NCBI GenBank assembly: GCA_963719425.1
Contig: OY970382.1
Span: 522,880 to 586,879 of the forward strand
From: an uncultured bacterium
GTDB lineage: Bacteria; Patescibacteriota; Minisyncoccia; UBA6257; 2-01-FULL-56-20
DNA length: 64,000 nt
Direction of reading: 5' to 3'
Within the stretch, counting starts at the first letter, position 1, and the number at the start of each line of letters is the position of its first letter. Both the position numbers and the translations under genes were made by a program. Shown here piece after piece: positions 9,530 to 19,283 of this stretch. The notes beneath the pieces were generated by a model. It made no database searches. It was not told where the DNA came from and was given only the letters and a program-made list of their open reading frames with translations.

Positions 9530-10045
9530 TCAATAACTCACGGTCCCGGACGAAGCAATGGAAATAGTGGAGGAAAGCGACGCCGTGCCCAGCGAGTAGA
9601 GCCTAACGCTCGTTGCAACCGAAGCGGCGCCGGTGATCTGTGAAAACGTGATGTCGATCGCTGCGCCGGAAGCGAGCGTCGCGGTGGCATAGGCGACGGA
9701 CGACGGCAGGCGGTAATACCCCGCAATCGCCGACGTAGCGTAGGTAGAGGAGGCAAAGAGGGCGTAGAACGGCGTGGTCGTTGTCGTATTCGCAAGATGC
9801 ACGCCCCACGAAACGCCCTGCTCCTGCGCCATTGAATCGCTTTGCGCTTCGCGGAGCAATGCCACAATATTTTCCGTGGCGCCGTTCAAATCCGCCTCGT
9901 TGCGGCCTCCAAATAAATTGGCGGTGCGGAGCAGAACAATGAAAGCGACGAGGAGCGCAACCGCGGCGATAATTTCTATGAGCGTAAATCCCGTGCGGCG
10001 GGCGTTGGCATCGGCGTCGGCGAGCACTTCGCGGAGAGTTTTCAT
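9530..10045 (-). CDS. Type IV pilin / GspH-FimT-like protein
   Basis: GFTLIEIIAAVALLV prepilin motif; LREAQSDSMA. Confidence 0.8.
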   Translation of the reverse strand: MKTLREVLADADANARRTGFTLIEIIAAVALLVAFIVLLRTANLFGGRNEADLNGATENIVALLREAQSDSMAQEQGVSWGVHLANTTTTTPFYALFASSTYATSAIAGYYRLPSSVAYATATLASGAAIDITFSQITGAASVATSVRLYSLGTASLSSTISIASSGTVSY

Positions 10046-10054
10046 TTCCTTTCG

Positions 10055-11056
10055 CTAAATGGACTTTGCCCGATACGCTTTCGGCGCTTTGCGCAAAAAT
10101 TGCATGAGCCTCGGCTTTGTAAGCAATCCCGTCTGCGCCCCAAAGAACTGCACCACGTGCATGGATTCAATTGGCGCCCAGCGCAGCGCTTCGTGCACCG
10201 GGAGGCCGTAGATGAGCGCGCAGAGGAACCCGGTGGAGAACGCGTCACCCGCGCCCGTGCGCGAAACCGGCGGCTTGGGATCCGGATACGACGGCATGAA
10301 ATACCGCGAGGTCCCATTGGAGGCGTAGGCACCTTTGGGTCCATCCGTGATCGCGACGATCGTGGGACCTAGTTTGTGGAGCGCCTCAAAGAGCGCGCGG
10401 ATGTCGGTGCCTTCCCTTTTCTTTGCCACGAGCTCCGCTTCTTCGCGATTCACGAAAAGTACGTAGGTGCGCTTGTAAACGTCTTTCAGCTTGTCCGCGC
10501 CGAAGCGAAGTTGAAACGTGCCCGGGTTGAACCCCATCCGCACCTCGGGATGCCGCTTCATATACGCCGCAATCTTGTGATGGAGCGGCAGCGTATGTTC
10601 GCCAATGGAAGAGAAATAGAGCCAATCGGTCCGCCGGTCCAGCGCGCGCGGATCCGCATATTCGTAATCCTCGTGCTTTATCAAAATCGTCCGCTCGGCT
10701 TTGAAAGTCAGCACAAAATGATAATTCGTCGGCTTTTGTGGATTTATTTTCACGAACTCCGGCGATACGCCCTCTTTCCGATATACGTCAAGGATCTCCT
10801 CACCGTAGTAATCCTTTCCAATGGCGGCGAGCATCGCCGTACGAAGCCCGAGGCGGCTCGCGCCCACCGCAACGTTTGAGGCATTCCCCACGGCGGGAGC
10901 AACGATGAGCGATTCGTACGGAATCTTGTCCGCGAACGACATGCAAAGCTGACAGCGCTCGTGGTCCAGATCGCAATGCACTGATGCCTCGTGCAGCTGA
11001 ATGAACGCGTCAATCACCACGTCACCCACGCACACCAAGTCATATTTTTGTTTCAT
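10055..11056 (-). CDS. PfkB-family carbohydrate kinase
   Basis: GNASNVAVGASRLG, FVNREEA and SRTGAGDAF signatures; start MKQKYD preferred. Confidence 0.9.
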   Translation of the reverse strand: MKQKYDLVCVGDVVIDAFIQLHEASVHCDLDHERCQLCMSFADKIPYESLIVAPAVGNASNVAVGASRLGLRTAMLAAIGKDYYGEEILDVYRKEGVSPEFVKINPQKPTNYHFVLTFKAERTILIKHEDYEYADPRALDRRTDWLYFSSIGEHTLPLHHKIAAYMKRHPEVRMGFNPGTFQLRFGADKLKDVYKRTYVLFVNREEAELVAKKREGTDIRALFEALHKLGPTIVAITDGPKGAYASNGTSRYFMPSYPDPKPPVSRTGAGDAFSTGFLCALIYGLPVHEALRWAPIESMHVVQFFGAQTGLLTKPRLMQFLRKAPKAYRAKSI

Positions 11057-11156
11057 CTTGCTTTTATTATATCGCATCCCTCTATTTCGCCAAGCATATC
11101 TAAAAGTAGCTCATCCTTGAAAGACGGCCTTTAGGGTGGTAATGTGCTCATAAACC

Positions 11157-11843
11157 ATGCCGCCAGAAATTTCACCCGAGCCCGCAGTGCAAGAAGAAGA
11201 AAGCCTGGAAGTCCAGCTCCGCATATTGAAAGAGGAAGTTGCTCGGCTCAAGCAACAAAATGTTGCATTGGAAACAGAAAATGCCCGCCTCATACAAAGG
11301 AGTGCTGACTTAGAAAAAGTCGCCACAAAGGACCTGCTTACCGGCCTTGATAATCGCAGGGGGCTTATAGAAAAGATGGATTCAAATCCTCCGCTAAAAG
11401 GCGAGGAGAGGCGCGAAAAACAGAAGCCAATGGCCGTTCTTGTTCTCGACATTGATAATTTTAAAATCGTGAATGATGCGTATGGCTACGAAAAAGGCGA
11501 TGAAGTTCTTCGGAATGTTGCTCTCATACTACAAGAAATCGTCCGACACGGGGACTGCGTCGGCCGTTGGGGAGGAGAAGAATTTGTTATCGTTTTTCGC
11601 AATGCAACCGCGCAAGACGTCATTGATAAATTCCATAAAGGAAGAGAGACTGCTGGACTGAGTTTTGGTGTGACAATCGGCGAAGAAAAAATGGATATCA
11701 CGTTCAGTGGCGGGGTTGCCGAATTCAACGTTAATGGGCCGATTGAAGCAACAATCGACAGGGTATGAAAAACACTCCGTGTCGCCAAGGAGAGCGGAAA
11801 AAATAGAATTATAAACGCTGGCACCCTACCGCCCCCTGCGTAA
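11157..11843 (+). pseudogene. GGDEF diguanylate cyclase with in-frame TGA near the C-terminus
   Basis: DLLTGLDNRR, LDIDNFKIVND, GRWGGEEF; TGA at 11766-11768 is followed in frame by KTLRVAKESGKNRI. Confidence 0.7.
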
Positions 11844-12818
11844 CGCCCTCTTGACCGCAGACTTAATATCTTTCACGCCCATTCCGTATTTCTCAATCAG
11901 CGCGTCCGGCGGGCCGGATTCGCCGAATACATCGTGCAAACCGATGAATTCCATGGGCGTGGGGGCGTGCTTCGCAAGCGCTTCCGCAACCGCGCCGCCC
12001 AATCCCCCGCTCACCTGATGTTCTTCCACGGTCACGACTGCGCCGATCTTTTTCGCAAGCTCCACGATCTTCTTTTCGTCCAGCGGCTTTATTGTGTGGC
12101 AATTCATAACGACCGTGCCAATTTTTTCCTTCTCCAATTCCCGCGCAGCGACGAGCGCATGATAGAGAATCCCCCCGCAGCCGATAATGAGTACCTGCGG
12201 TTTTTTTGATTCCCAGAAAATCTCCGCCTTGCCGGGCACATAGGGCGTCTCCTCAGTCGTCACAACGGGGGTCTTCTCGCGCCCGAAGCGCAGATACACG
12301 GGTCCCCAGATCCGCGCCGCCGCGAGCGTCGCTTTCTTCGCTTCCACCGCATCGCATGGCACGAACACTTTCATATTCGGCATCGCCCGCATTATGGCGA
12401 TATCCTCCGTCGCCTGGTGCGTCGCGCCGTCAGCTCCCGCGGAAACACCTGTATGATGCCCCGCAATCTTCACGTTGGCGTCGTTATAGGCAATGGTGGT
12501 CCTGATCTGCTCCCAATTGCGGCCGGGAGAAAACGTGGCGAAGGACGCAATGAACGGGGTTTTGCCCGAAACGCCCAGGCCAGCGGCGATTGCCGCCATA
12601 TTCTGTTCCGCAACGCCCATTTCTATGAATCGCTCCGGGAATTTTTTCGCGAACGCCTCGGTGCGCGTGGATTCCGTAAGGTCGGCGCACAGCGCGACCA
12701 CGTTCCGGTTTCCCTCCCCCGCCGCGAGCAAACCCCCGCCGTATCCGTCGCGCGTCGGCCTCCGTTCCACGTCGGCATCAAACAATTTCGGATTCAGTTT
12801 TGCATCAGGGTTCAGCAT
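11826..12818 (-). CDS. Transketolase C-terminal subunit
   Basis: GVAEQNM, DGATHQA, VTVEEH motifs. Confidence 0.92.
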   Translation of the reverse strand: MLNPDAKLNPKLFDADVERRPTRDGYGGGLLAAGEGNRNVVALCADLTESTRTEAFAKKFPERFIEMGVAEQNMAAIAAGLGVSGKTPFIASFATFSPGRNWEQIRTTIAYNDANVKIAGHHTGVSAGADGATHQATEDIAIMRAMPNMKVFVPCDAVEAKKATLAAARIWGPVYLRFGREKTPVVTTEETPYVPGKAEIFWESKKPQVLIIGCGGILYHALVAARELEKEKIGTVVMNCHTIKPLDEKKIVELAKKIGAVVTVEEHQVSGGLGGAVAEALAKHAPTPMEFIGLHDVFGESGPPDALIEKYGMGVKDIKSAVKRALRRGR

Positions 12819-12827
12819 GGCGCGTTG

Positions 12828-14387
12828 TTATTGATGCTCCGAATGTATTTTCCCGCGCAGCGTCCGGAGTTCGGCGAGCGCTTTCTGCGCTTCCCCCGGC
12901 TTGAAGGGCTTCGCGTGCCAACGGTAATCGTTTTCCATAAAATCCACGCCTTTGCCGGGGATCGTGTGCGCGATGATGCAGGTCGGCATCTCGTAAACGG
13001 CCTTCGCTTCGTTCACCGCCGCGACGATCTCTTCAAAGCTGTGGCCGTCAATTTCCAAAACATGCCAGTTGAACGCTTCGTACTTCGCGCGCAAGGGCTC
13101 TAACGGCATCACGTCCTCGGTGAAGCCGTCAATTTGGATATTGTTGCGGTCCACGATAACGGTAAGATTGCTCAAGCGATGTTTCCCGGCGAACATAACC
13201 GCTTCCCACGTGTTGCCTTCCTCATGCTCTCCGTCGGAGGTCACACAATACGTCCGCCATTTTCTGCCGTCCATGCGCGCCGCAAGCGCCATACCAACCG
13301 CCTGCGAAATACCGGAGCCAAGCGGACCGGAGGTTGTCTCAATGCCGGGAAGGGCGGTGCGGTGCGGATGGCCCTGCAGCCGCGTGCCGAGGTGCCGCAG
13401 CGTCTTCAATTCCTCCACCGGGAAATACCCGGCATGCGCGAGTGCGGCGTACTGCACAGGGCAATAATGGCCGCACGAAAGCACCAGGCGATCGCGCTCC
13501 GGCCAGCCAGGCCGCTTGGGATCATATCGCAAAATATGGAAATACAGCGCGGTAAAAATTTCGGCCATGCCGAGCGGTCCCGCGATGTGGCCGGAGCCCG
13601 CATGTGAGACCATTTCAATCACGTCCTCGCGCAGGCGTGTAGCCATCAGCTCCATCTCCCGCAATTTTTTCTCAGTGAGTGGTTCCATGAGCATGTTGCG
13701 CGCATGCGCCTCAACCGTCGCGCGGTACCATTCCGAACGCGGAAGGCGCGCGTGCACAAGGTCATCATACGCCGCAGCCGGATCGTCGCTCCCAAAAATG
13801 TAGTTCCCCGACACCACGACGTCCGCGCCGGCTGCCTTCGCGCGCCGCGCAGTCAAGGGCACGATCCCGCCATCCACTTCAATTATAGCGCGGGGCATCT
13901 TTCGCCTCAAAAACCTGATCCTCGCGAGCATGAGTGGGAGAAATTTCTGTCCCGCGGGACCGGGGTAGACCGCAAGCACCTGAAACCGCGTTATTTTCCC
14001 GAAATAGGGTTCCAGTTTTTTTACGGAGGTTTCGGGATTCAGGGCGAGCATCACCTCCGCGCCGCGCGCTGCACACTTTTCACGGATCGCATTGAGTGTT
14101 TTTTCACTTACGGTTTCTACGTGCACGATGAAGCGCCTGGCGCCTGCCGCGAGCCACCGTTCAATGTACGATTCCGGCCGTTCCACCATCAGGTGCACCT
14201 CCAGATTGAACGGCGCGCGGAGATTCGCCCATTCCGTGGGATTCGCCCACGTTTTGTGGAACGTAAACGCCCCGTCGGCGACGTCAAGATGAAAAAACGT
14301 GCCGCTCTCCAAAAACGCTTTCGCAGCTTCCACCCGCGCCCGCGCACAACGGAAGTCTGGACAATTGATAATGGGAAGGATTTCCAT
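12828..14387 (-). CDS. Fusion of ribulose-phosphate 3-epimerase (N-term) and transketolase N-terminal subunit (C-term)
   Basis: HLDVADG, EVHLMV and EVDGGI (Rpe), then GSGHIAG, RDRLVLSCGH, LQGHP and SDGEHEEG (TktN), in one frame. Confidence 0.88.
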   Translation of the reverse strand: MEILPIINCPDFRCARARVEAAKAFLESGTFFHLDVADGAFTFHKTWANPTEWANLRAPFNLEVHLMVERPESYIERWLAAGARRFIVHVETVSEKTLNAIREKCAARGAEVMLALNPETSVKKLEPYFGKITRFQVLAVYPGPAGQKFLPLMLARIRFLRRKMPRAIIEVDGGIVPLTARRAKAAGADVVVSGNYIFGSDDPAAAYDDLVHARLPRSEWYRATVEAHARNMLMEPLTEKKLREMELMATRLREDVIEMVSHAGSGHIAGPLGMAEIFTALYFHILRYDPKRPGWPERDRLVLSCGHYCPVQYAALAHAGYFPVEELKTLRHLGTRLQGHPHRTALPGIETTSGPLGSGISQAVGMALAARMDGRKWRTYCVTSDGEHEEGNTWEAVMFAGKHRLSNLTVIVDRNNIQIDGFTEDVMPLEPLRAKYEAFNWHVLEIDGHSFEEIVAAVNEAKAVYEMPTCIIAHTIPGKGVDFMENDYRWHAKPFKPGEAQKALAELRTLRGKIHSEHQ

Positions 14388-14397
14388 GCTAGGTGTG

Positions 14398-14850
14398 TCA
14401 GTGATTGATCTCTATAGCCCTGACCTTTTCCAACCGGCGCGCGTATTTCTCTTCTTTCGCGAACGGCGTTCCGAGGAACACTTTCACAATCTTCAAGGCG
14501 GTCGGTTCATCCAGGAAGTCCGCCGCGAGCGCAAGGACATTCGCATCGCTGTCGTGGCGCGCCTGGTACGCGTGATCCGGTGACATTGCGAGGGCGGAGC
14601 GCACGCCGTCCACCTTGTTCGCCGTAATGTCCATACCGAATCCCGACCTACAAATCAGAATGCCGCGGTTCTGCATCGGATCCGCGCTTACTTTCTTTGC
14701 TACGATAAGCGCGTAATCGGGATAGTCATCGTCCGGCACCACCATCGCGGCGCCGCAATCCACAACCGTGTATGCTTCGTTCGCGAGCGCCGCCTTCAGA
14801 TATTCTTTCAAGTTGAATCCCCCGTGATCCGCACCGATGTAGATAGTCAT
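14398..14850 (-). CDS. rpiB: Ribose-5-phosphate isomerase B
   Basis: IGADHGG, DDYPDY, ICRSGFGM, ARHDSDAN. Confidence 0.92.
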   Translation of the reverse strand: MTIYIGADHGGFNLKEYLKAALANEAYTVVDCGAAMVVPDDDYPDYALIVAKKVSADPMQNRGILICRSGFGMDITANKVDGVRSALAMSPDHAYQARHDSDANVLALAADFLDEPTALKIVKVFLGTPFAKEEKYARRLEKVRAIEINH

Positions 14851-14859
14851 AAAAGTTCT

Positions 14860-15891
14860 TTACAATAATGCCGCAACTTTCTCCACGTGCTTCACAAGTG
14901 TGGCAACATACCCAGCCTCGTTGTCGTACCAACTCAAAACCTTCACGAGATCGCCGTCAATCACTTTGGTGAAATTGAGGTCCACGATCGCGCCGTAGGG
15001 ATCGCCCACGATGTCCGAAGAAACCACCTGGTCGCGCGTCACTTTCAATATCCCCTGCCAGCGGGGCGAGGCGGCCGCGTCGGTGAGAATTTTGTTGATC
15101 TCTTCCGCGGAAGTTTCCCGCTTCGCCACAAAGGTAATGTCCGAGACGGAACCCGTGATGGAGGGCACGCGGAAGGCCATGCCATCAAACATTCCTTTGA
15201 GCGATGGAATCGCCCGCGTCACGGCTATTGCTGCACCCGTCGTGGATGGAGAAATGTTCTGCGCGGCTGCGCGGCCGCGCCGGTAATCCTTGCCGCCGCG
15301 AACCGGCCCGTCCACAATACCCTGCGTCGCGGTGTAGGAATGCACGGTGGAAAGCACCGCTTTCGCAATACCCGGATTCTCCCCAAGCACCTCAATCACG
15401 GGCGACGCCGAGTTCGTGGTGCACGAACCGTTGGAAGTGATGGCGCAGGTTTTTATATCGTCCTCGTTCACGCCCATTAAGATCGTCTTCCCGTCCGGCC
15501 CGTCCTCGTCCTTCGCCGGCGCCGTAATCACCACGCGCTTCGCGCCTGCCGCGAGGTGCACTTTGTTCGCGGCAAACGATTCAAAAATCCCCGTGGACTC
15601 AATGACAATATCAATATTCATCGCCTTCCACGGAAGTTGGGCTGCGTCCTTGATCTGTAAAAAATTTATTCCCGTGCCGTCAATGACAAGTTTCCCGTTC
15701 GCAAGATCTGCTTTCACCTCCTTATCGTACCGGCCATACACCGTATCGTACTTCAAAAGATATGCCAAGTTCTCCACGTCGCCCAGATCGTTCACCGCAA
15801 CAATTTCCAAATCGGGCGACTCAAACGCCGCCTTAAAAAACAACCGACCGATCCGCCCAAACCCGTTTATCGCGACGCGTGCTTTTGCCAT
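14860..15891 (-). CDS. gap: Type I glyceraldehyde-3-phosphate dehydrogenase
   Basis: INGFGRIGR, SCTTN active site, SWYDNE. Confidence 0.96.
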   Translation of the reverse strand: MAKARVAINGFGRIGRLFFKAAFESPDLEIVAVNDLGDVENLAYLLKYDTVYGRYDKEVKADLANGKLVIDGTGINFLQIKDAAQLPWKAMNIDIVIESTGIFESFAANKVHLAAGAKRVVITAPAKDEDGPDGKTILMGVNEDDIKTCAITSNGSCTTNSASPVIEVLGENPGIAKAVLSTVHSYTATQGIVDGPVRGGKDYRRGRAAAQNISPSTTGAAIAVTRAIPSLKGMFDGMAFRVPSITGSVSDITFVAKRETSAEEINKILTDAAASPRWQGILKVTRDQVVSSDIVGDPYGAIVDLNFTKVIDGDLVKVLSWYDNEAGYVATLVKHVEKVAALL

Positions 15892-15929
15892 TCCTCTATT
15901 ATATACCATTCACGCGGCGAGGCGACGCC

Positions 15930-16448
15930 TCACCCGCCGAGCAACCCAATCTGCACCGCGTCGCCTACCTTTATATTGTCTTTCGCGACCGTGCCCGCAT
16001 TCACTTCAAGCACTTTGTCCGTACCGTCAGGCGAATTATATATCGTGAGTCCCCACAGCGGAGCGCCCGGCTGCGGCTCCGCATTCTGGGCGAAGCCGAG
16101 CACTTCGTAGCCACCCTTGCCGTCCCCGTTCTTGCCCGCGCCGATCCAAATCATATCAATGGGAAAATTCATGTCTTTCATCCAGAAGCTTTGGATTGAG
16201 GGCGCACTAAAGAGGAAAAGCATTCCATGATCCGCTTCCAAGCCCGCGCGGAAGGAGAGACCGCGGGCTTTTTCCATCGTGGTAGAAGCGATTTCCACCG
16301 CAAAGGTCGCCCCGGCGATGCGCACCTCGTTTTTCGCAAGCGGCGGATTCGCTTTTCCGAAAACAAAAAAGTGCGAAACGACCGCCGCCGCTCCCACTAT
16401 TACAATGCCAAGCAAAACCCAGAGCATCATTGCCCACTTCAAATTCAT
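15930..16448 (-). CDS. DUF192 family protein
   Basis: RGLSFR...GMLF...FWMKDMNFPIDMIWI...VLEVNAG. Confidence 0.88.
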   Translation of the reverse strand: MNLKWAMMLWVLLGIVIVGAAAVVSHFFVFGKANPPLAKNEVRIAGATFAVEIASTTMEKARGLSFRAGLEADHGMLFLFSAPSIQSFWMKDMNFPIDMIWIGAGKNGDGKGGYEVLGFAQNAEPQPGAPLWGLTIYNSPDGTDKVLEVNAGTVAKDNIKVGDAVQIGLLGG

Positions 16449-16453
16449 TTTCT

Positions 16454-18154
16454 TTATGGTACCACAAAGAAGTCGTTCGCGTTGTTGTCGGTATCTATTA
16501 GCGTGCCGTCCAGCGCGGATTTTCTTTCAAGCACTTGGTTCACCTCGGGATTCGTCTGATACGCCACGCCTTCTGCATACTGCCCGGTCCCCTCGCCCCA
16601 GGCGACGGCGTCAATTATCGTCCCCTTGGCGTCAAGGAGCGCCACGCTGTTATCTGCGGCGAGCGTCGCTGTACTTGTCGCGTTCGCGGCGACTGAATCA
16701 CCAAAACCGTTTTCTGAATTCGCCCACATGAAATATCCGCGGGAGGGCACGGAACTCCCATTTGGGAAAACGCGGAGCGAATAGTCGGTGCCGCTCTTTG
16801 ATTTTTTCCTCAATTTCCACCCGCTCACGTCCACCGCACTCGCCGTCGGATTGAATATCTTCACGAAATCATTCGTACTCACCGCGCCAGCAATCTGAAC
16901 TGCCGCAATCACGAGATGGCTCGCGGCAGTCGTACTCACAACGGTCGTACTCGTGTTCACGTTTGCACTCGCGTTCGTACCCACATCTGTAGATGACGCC
17001 GCGGTTATGGTCGCAGTTGTTGTCGTTGCGCCAGCATTGGTATCGGCATTAGTACCAGTGCTGGCGTTGGTGTTGGAATTCGTACCGGCGCCAGTGGTAG
17101 TCGTAGCATCAGCAATTGTGACGGCACTTCCTGATGTTCCCGCCGCCGCAACCGTCGCAGTTGTTGCGGTTGCAGTTGTTATAGTCGCGATCTGCGCCAC
17201 CGGCACAGAATTTTCCGCCTTTGGCGTGCCGCCGGGCGCCACGCTCGTATGCCACCCTAGGCCGTCCGCGTCGCGCTCAAGTGTCTGCTTTGTTTCGTTA
17301 TTCCCCGCCGGCCAGCCGGATGATGCATCCAAAATATCCGACGCATTGCATGCAGCGTCAACGATCGCAAGCGCGGCGCCCGCGTTGGAGAGCGCACCGG
17401 AATACGTCACATCCGCCAACACCCACGGAACCGCGTCACCGTGTTCAAGAAGTACTAATCCTCCCGCGGGCACGATCGTCCCTGCGCCGAAAACGATTCT
17501 TATGTTTCCTTTCGCATCAAGAACCTGCCAGCCGGAAATATCAAGGGCGGCACCTGAAATATTTTTGAGCTCCATCCATTCGCGACCGCTTGCCGCAAGC
17601 CCACTTTCCCCTATGAGCTGCGGCGATCCCATCCATGCAATCTCGTTCCAAACAAGTTTCCGCGAGAGCGGCGCGGACAGGGCCACTGTGCACTCCGCAG
17701 GCGCGGGCGGCTCGGCAACGGCGGGTGTTCCGGTAGCAACTGGCACTCCGGTGACGGTGGGATCGGAGCCGCTCGCCGCGCCGTTTTGCACAATACCGCT
17801 CATCGCGTCACTTTGCGCACCGTTCTCTGCCGCGGAAGTTCCCGTATCAAATATGACCGTCGGGCTTGCGGGCGCTTCAGGCACGAGAGCTTCTGGCACG
17901 GGAGCGGCAAAATCGGGACTGGAAGAAGATGTGTCGTCCGATCCAAGATCAATCTCCGAAACTTGCTCGTCGGGCGGACCGCCGAAGGTATCGTTCCATG
18001 ATTGCGCGACGATCGCAGCCGTGTTCGCAAGCACGCGGGTGGGCGCGGATGGGAAAAGTATCCATGCGGCAGCCACCGCCACAATGCCCATGCCCACCGC
18101 AACGCCGACGAAAATCCTTTTTATGCTGATAGAGTTTCTCGTACACATGCGCAC
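16454..18154 (-). CDS. Lamin-tail-domain surface protein (two LTDs, Thr/Ala-rich linker)
   Basis: NEIAWMG...EWMELKN...DISGW; DFVKIFNPT...DVSGW...DTDNNANDF. Confidence 0.8.
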   Translation of the reverse strand: MRMCTRNSISIKRIFVGVAVGMGIVAVAAAWILFPSAPTRVLANTAAIVAQSWNDTFGGPPDEQVSEIDLGSDDTSSSSPDFAAPVPEALVPEAPASPTVIFDTGTSAAENGAQSDAMSGIVQNGAASGSDPTVTGVPVATGTPAVAEPPAPAECTVALSAPLSRKLVWNEIAWMGSPQLIGESGLAASGREWMELKNISGAALDISGWQVLDAKGNIRIVFGAGTIVPAGGLVLLEHGDAVPWVLADVTYSGALSNAGAALAIVDAACNASDILDASSGWPAGNNETKQTLERDADGLGWHTSVAPGGTPKAENSVPVAQIATITTATATTATVAAAGTSGSAVTIADATTTTGAGTNSNTNASTGTNADTNAGATTTTATITAASSTDVGTNASANVNTSTTVVSTTAASHLVIAAVQIAGAVSTNDFVKIFNPTASAVDVSGWKLRKKSKSGTDYSLRVFPNGSSVPSRGYFMWANSENGFGDSVAANATSTATLAADNSVALLDAKGTIIDAVAWGEGTGQYAEGVAYQTNPEVNQVLERKSALDGTLIDTDNNANDFFVVP

Positions 18155-18228
18155 TGCATCCTACCACGCCGCCCATTAAAACTTTCTTAAAGGAAACTTG
18201 CGCACGGGAATTTTGCTACAATGGACAT

Positions 18229-18876
18229 ATGAAAACCGACCGGCTGAAAATGACGCTTGTCGTCCTCTCCGCTGCGGCGCTTGCCTTCGCCGTCCTCGCA
18301 GGTTTTATTGTTTTCTATCCCACCGGTTCTTACCAGCCCGTTGTACTACAAAATCGCGGCGCCACTTCTTCTTCCACTTCCTCTTCCACGGTTCTCCTAC
18401 CCTCCTCAACCACCTCATCAACAAGCACAACTTCCCCAACACCGGTGCTCACGGCAACCGCCGGCGGCTTCTCAAGCGAATATTCGTCGCCCTACCCCGT
18501 CCAGTGGTCCGAGGGCAACGAATCGTTCTCCATCACTGGCGCCGCGCTCCAAAATAACCAGCTCACGCTTTCGCTCGCCATCAAAATGGGTGCCGTTTCG
18601 GAATGCGTGCCGGTTAACCTCCGCCTCGTCGCGGACGAATTCGGAACGCTCCAACCACCGAGCGCGCCACCCGCGAGCACATTCACGTTTCCCGATACCC
18701 AATCCTGCGACGGCACGCCCGGCGCGACATACAGCGAATCGGTTGTTTTCAATATTGATCCCTCAATCCCCGCCCCGTTCCTTCTCACGACCGGCGGCGC
18801 ATCAAACGTTTTCTTCAATGTCGCAACGGACACCACGGGCGGCGTGGACGTCACGCTGCCGTCTCACTCGGGGTAA
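18229..18876 (+). CDS. Hypothetical secreted or membrane-anchored protein
   Basis: N-terminal hydrophobic helix and Ser/Thr-rich linker. Confidence 0.7.
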   Translation: MKTDRLKMTLVVLSAAALAFAVLAGFIVFYPTGSYQPVVLQNRGATSSSTSSSTVLLPSSTTSSTSTTSPTPVLTATAGGFSSEYSSPYPVQWSEGNESFSITGAALQNNQLTLSLAIKMGAVSECVPVNLRLVADEFGTLQPPSAPPASTFTFPDTQSCDGTPGATYSESVVFNIDPSIPAPFLLTTGGASNVFFNVATDTTGGVDVTLPSHSG

Positions 18877-18971
18877 TCTTCTGAACGCAATAGTGCCGTA
18901 GCGATACCGGGACGCCGCGTGCGGTGCAGCGCTTGAAACCCTGCGCGCTTCTGTTACACTACTAATCGTAT

Positions 18972-19283
18972 TCCGGCGTAGCTCAATGGTAGAGCGGCTC
19001 CCTGTCAAAGAAGGCAGCGCGCACTGGAAACGGTGCGATGAACATCTCGGGATAACGGTGAAGGCTAACCCGCAAGGCATGCGAACACCGTGGGAACCCC
19101 AGCCGTAAATGTGCGTTGCGCGCAGTTACGGCTGGGGACTCCGTAGAGACTAGATACCGAGACGCCTAATGTCCACTTTTCGGTTTTCGTGGGCGACGGC
19201 GATGATATAGTCCACGCCTTTTGGAAACATTGGGATTACGTGTAAGGAGATGGTTCCAGGTTCGAGTCCTGGCGCCGGAGCCA
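18972..19283 (+). tRNA. tRNA-Asn(GTT) split by a group I intron (exons 18972-19005 and 19243-19283)
   Basis: Acceptor TCCGGCG/CGCCGGA+G+CCA; spliced anticodon loop CTGT|TAA; T arm CCAGG-TTCGAGT-CCTGG. Confidence 0.9.
19006..19242 (+). ncRNA. Group I self-splicing intron (237 nt) in the tRNA-Asn anticodon
   Basis: 5' exon CUGU pairs with IGS GCAG (U.G at the splice site); R element CCGTAGAGACTA; S element GATATAGTCC; terminal G at 19242. Confidence 0.88.

Noticed and set aside
11766-11768. Genetic code 25 (TGA=Gly) or selenocysteine recoding
   Set aside because: Conserved genes such as purF, purA and the aldo/keto reductase end at TGA at their expected C-termini, and no other in-frame TGA was seen in conserved genes.
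16953-18179. 408-aa plus-strand ORF
   Set aside because: Antisense shadow of the lamin-tail gene's low-complexity region.
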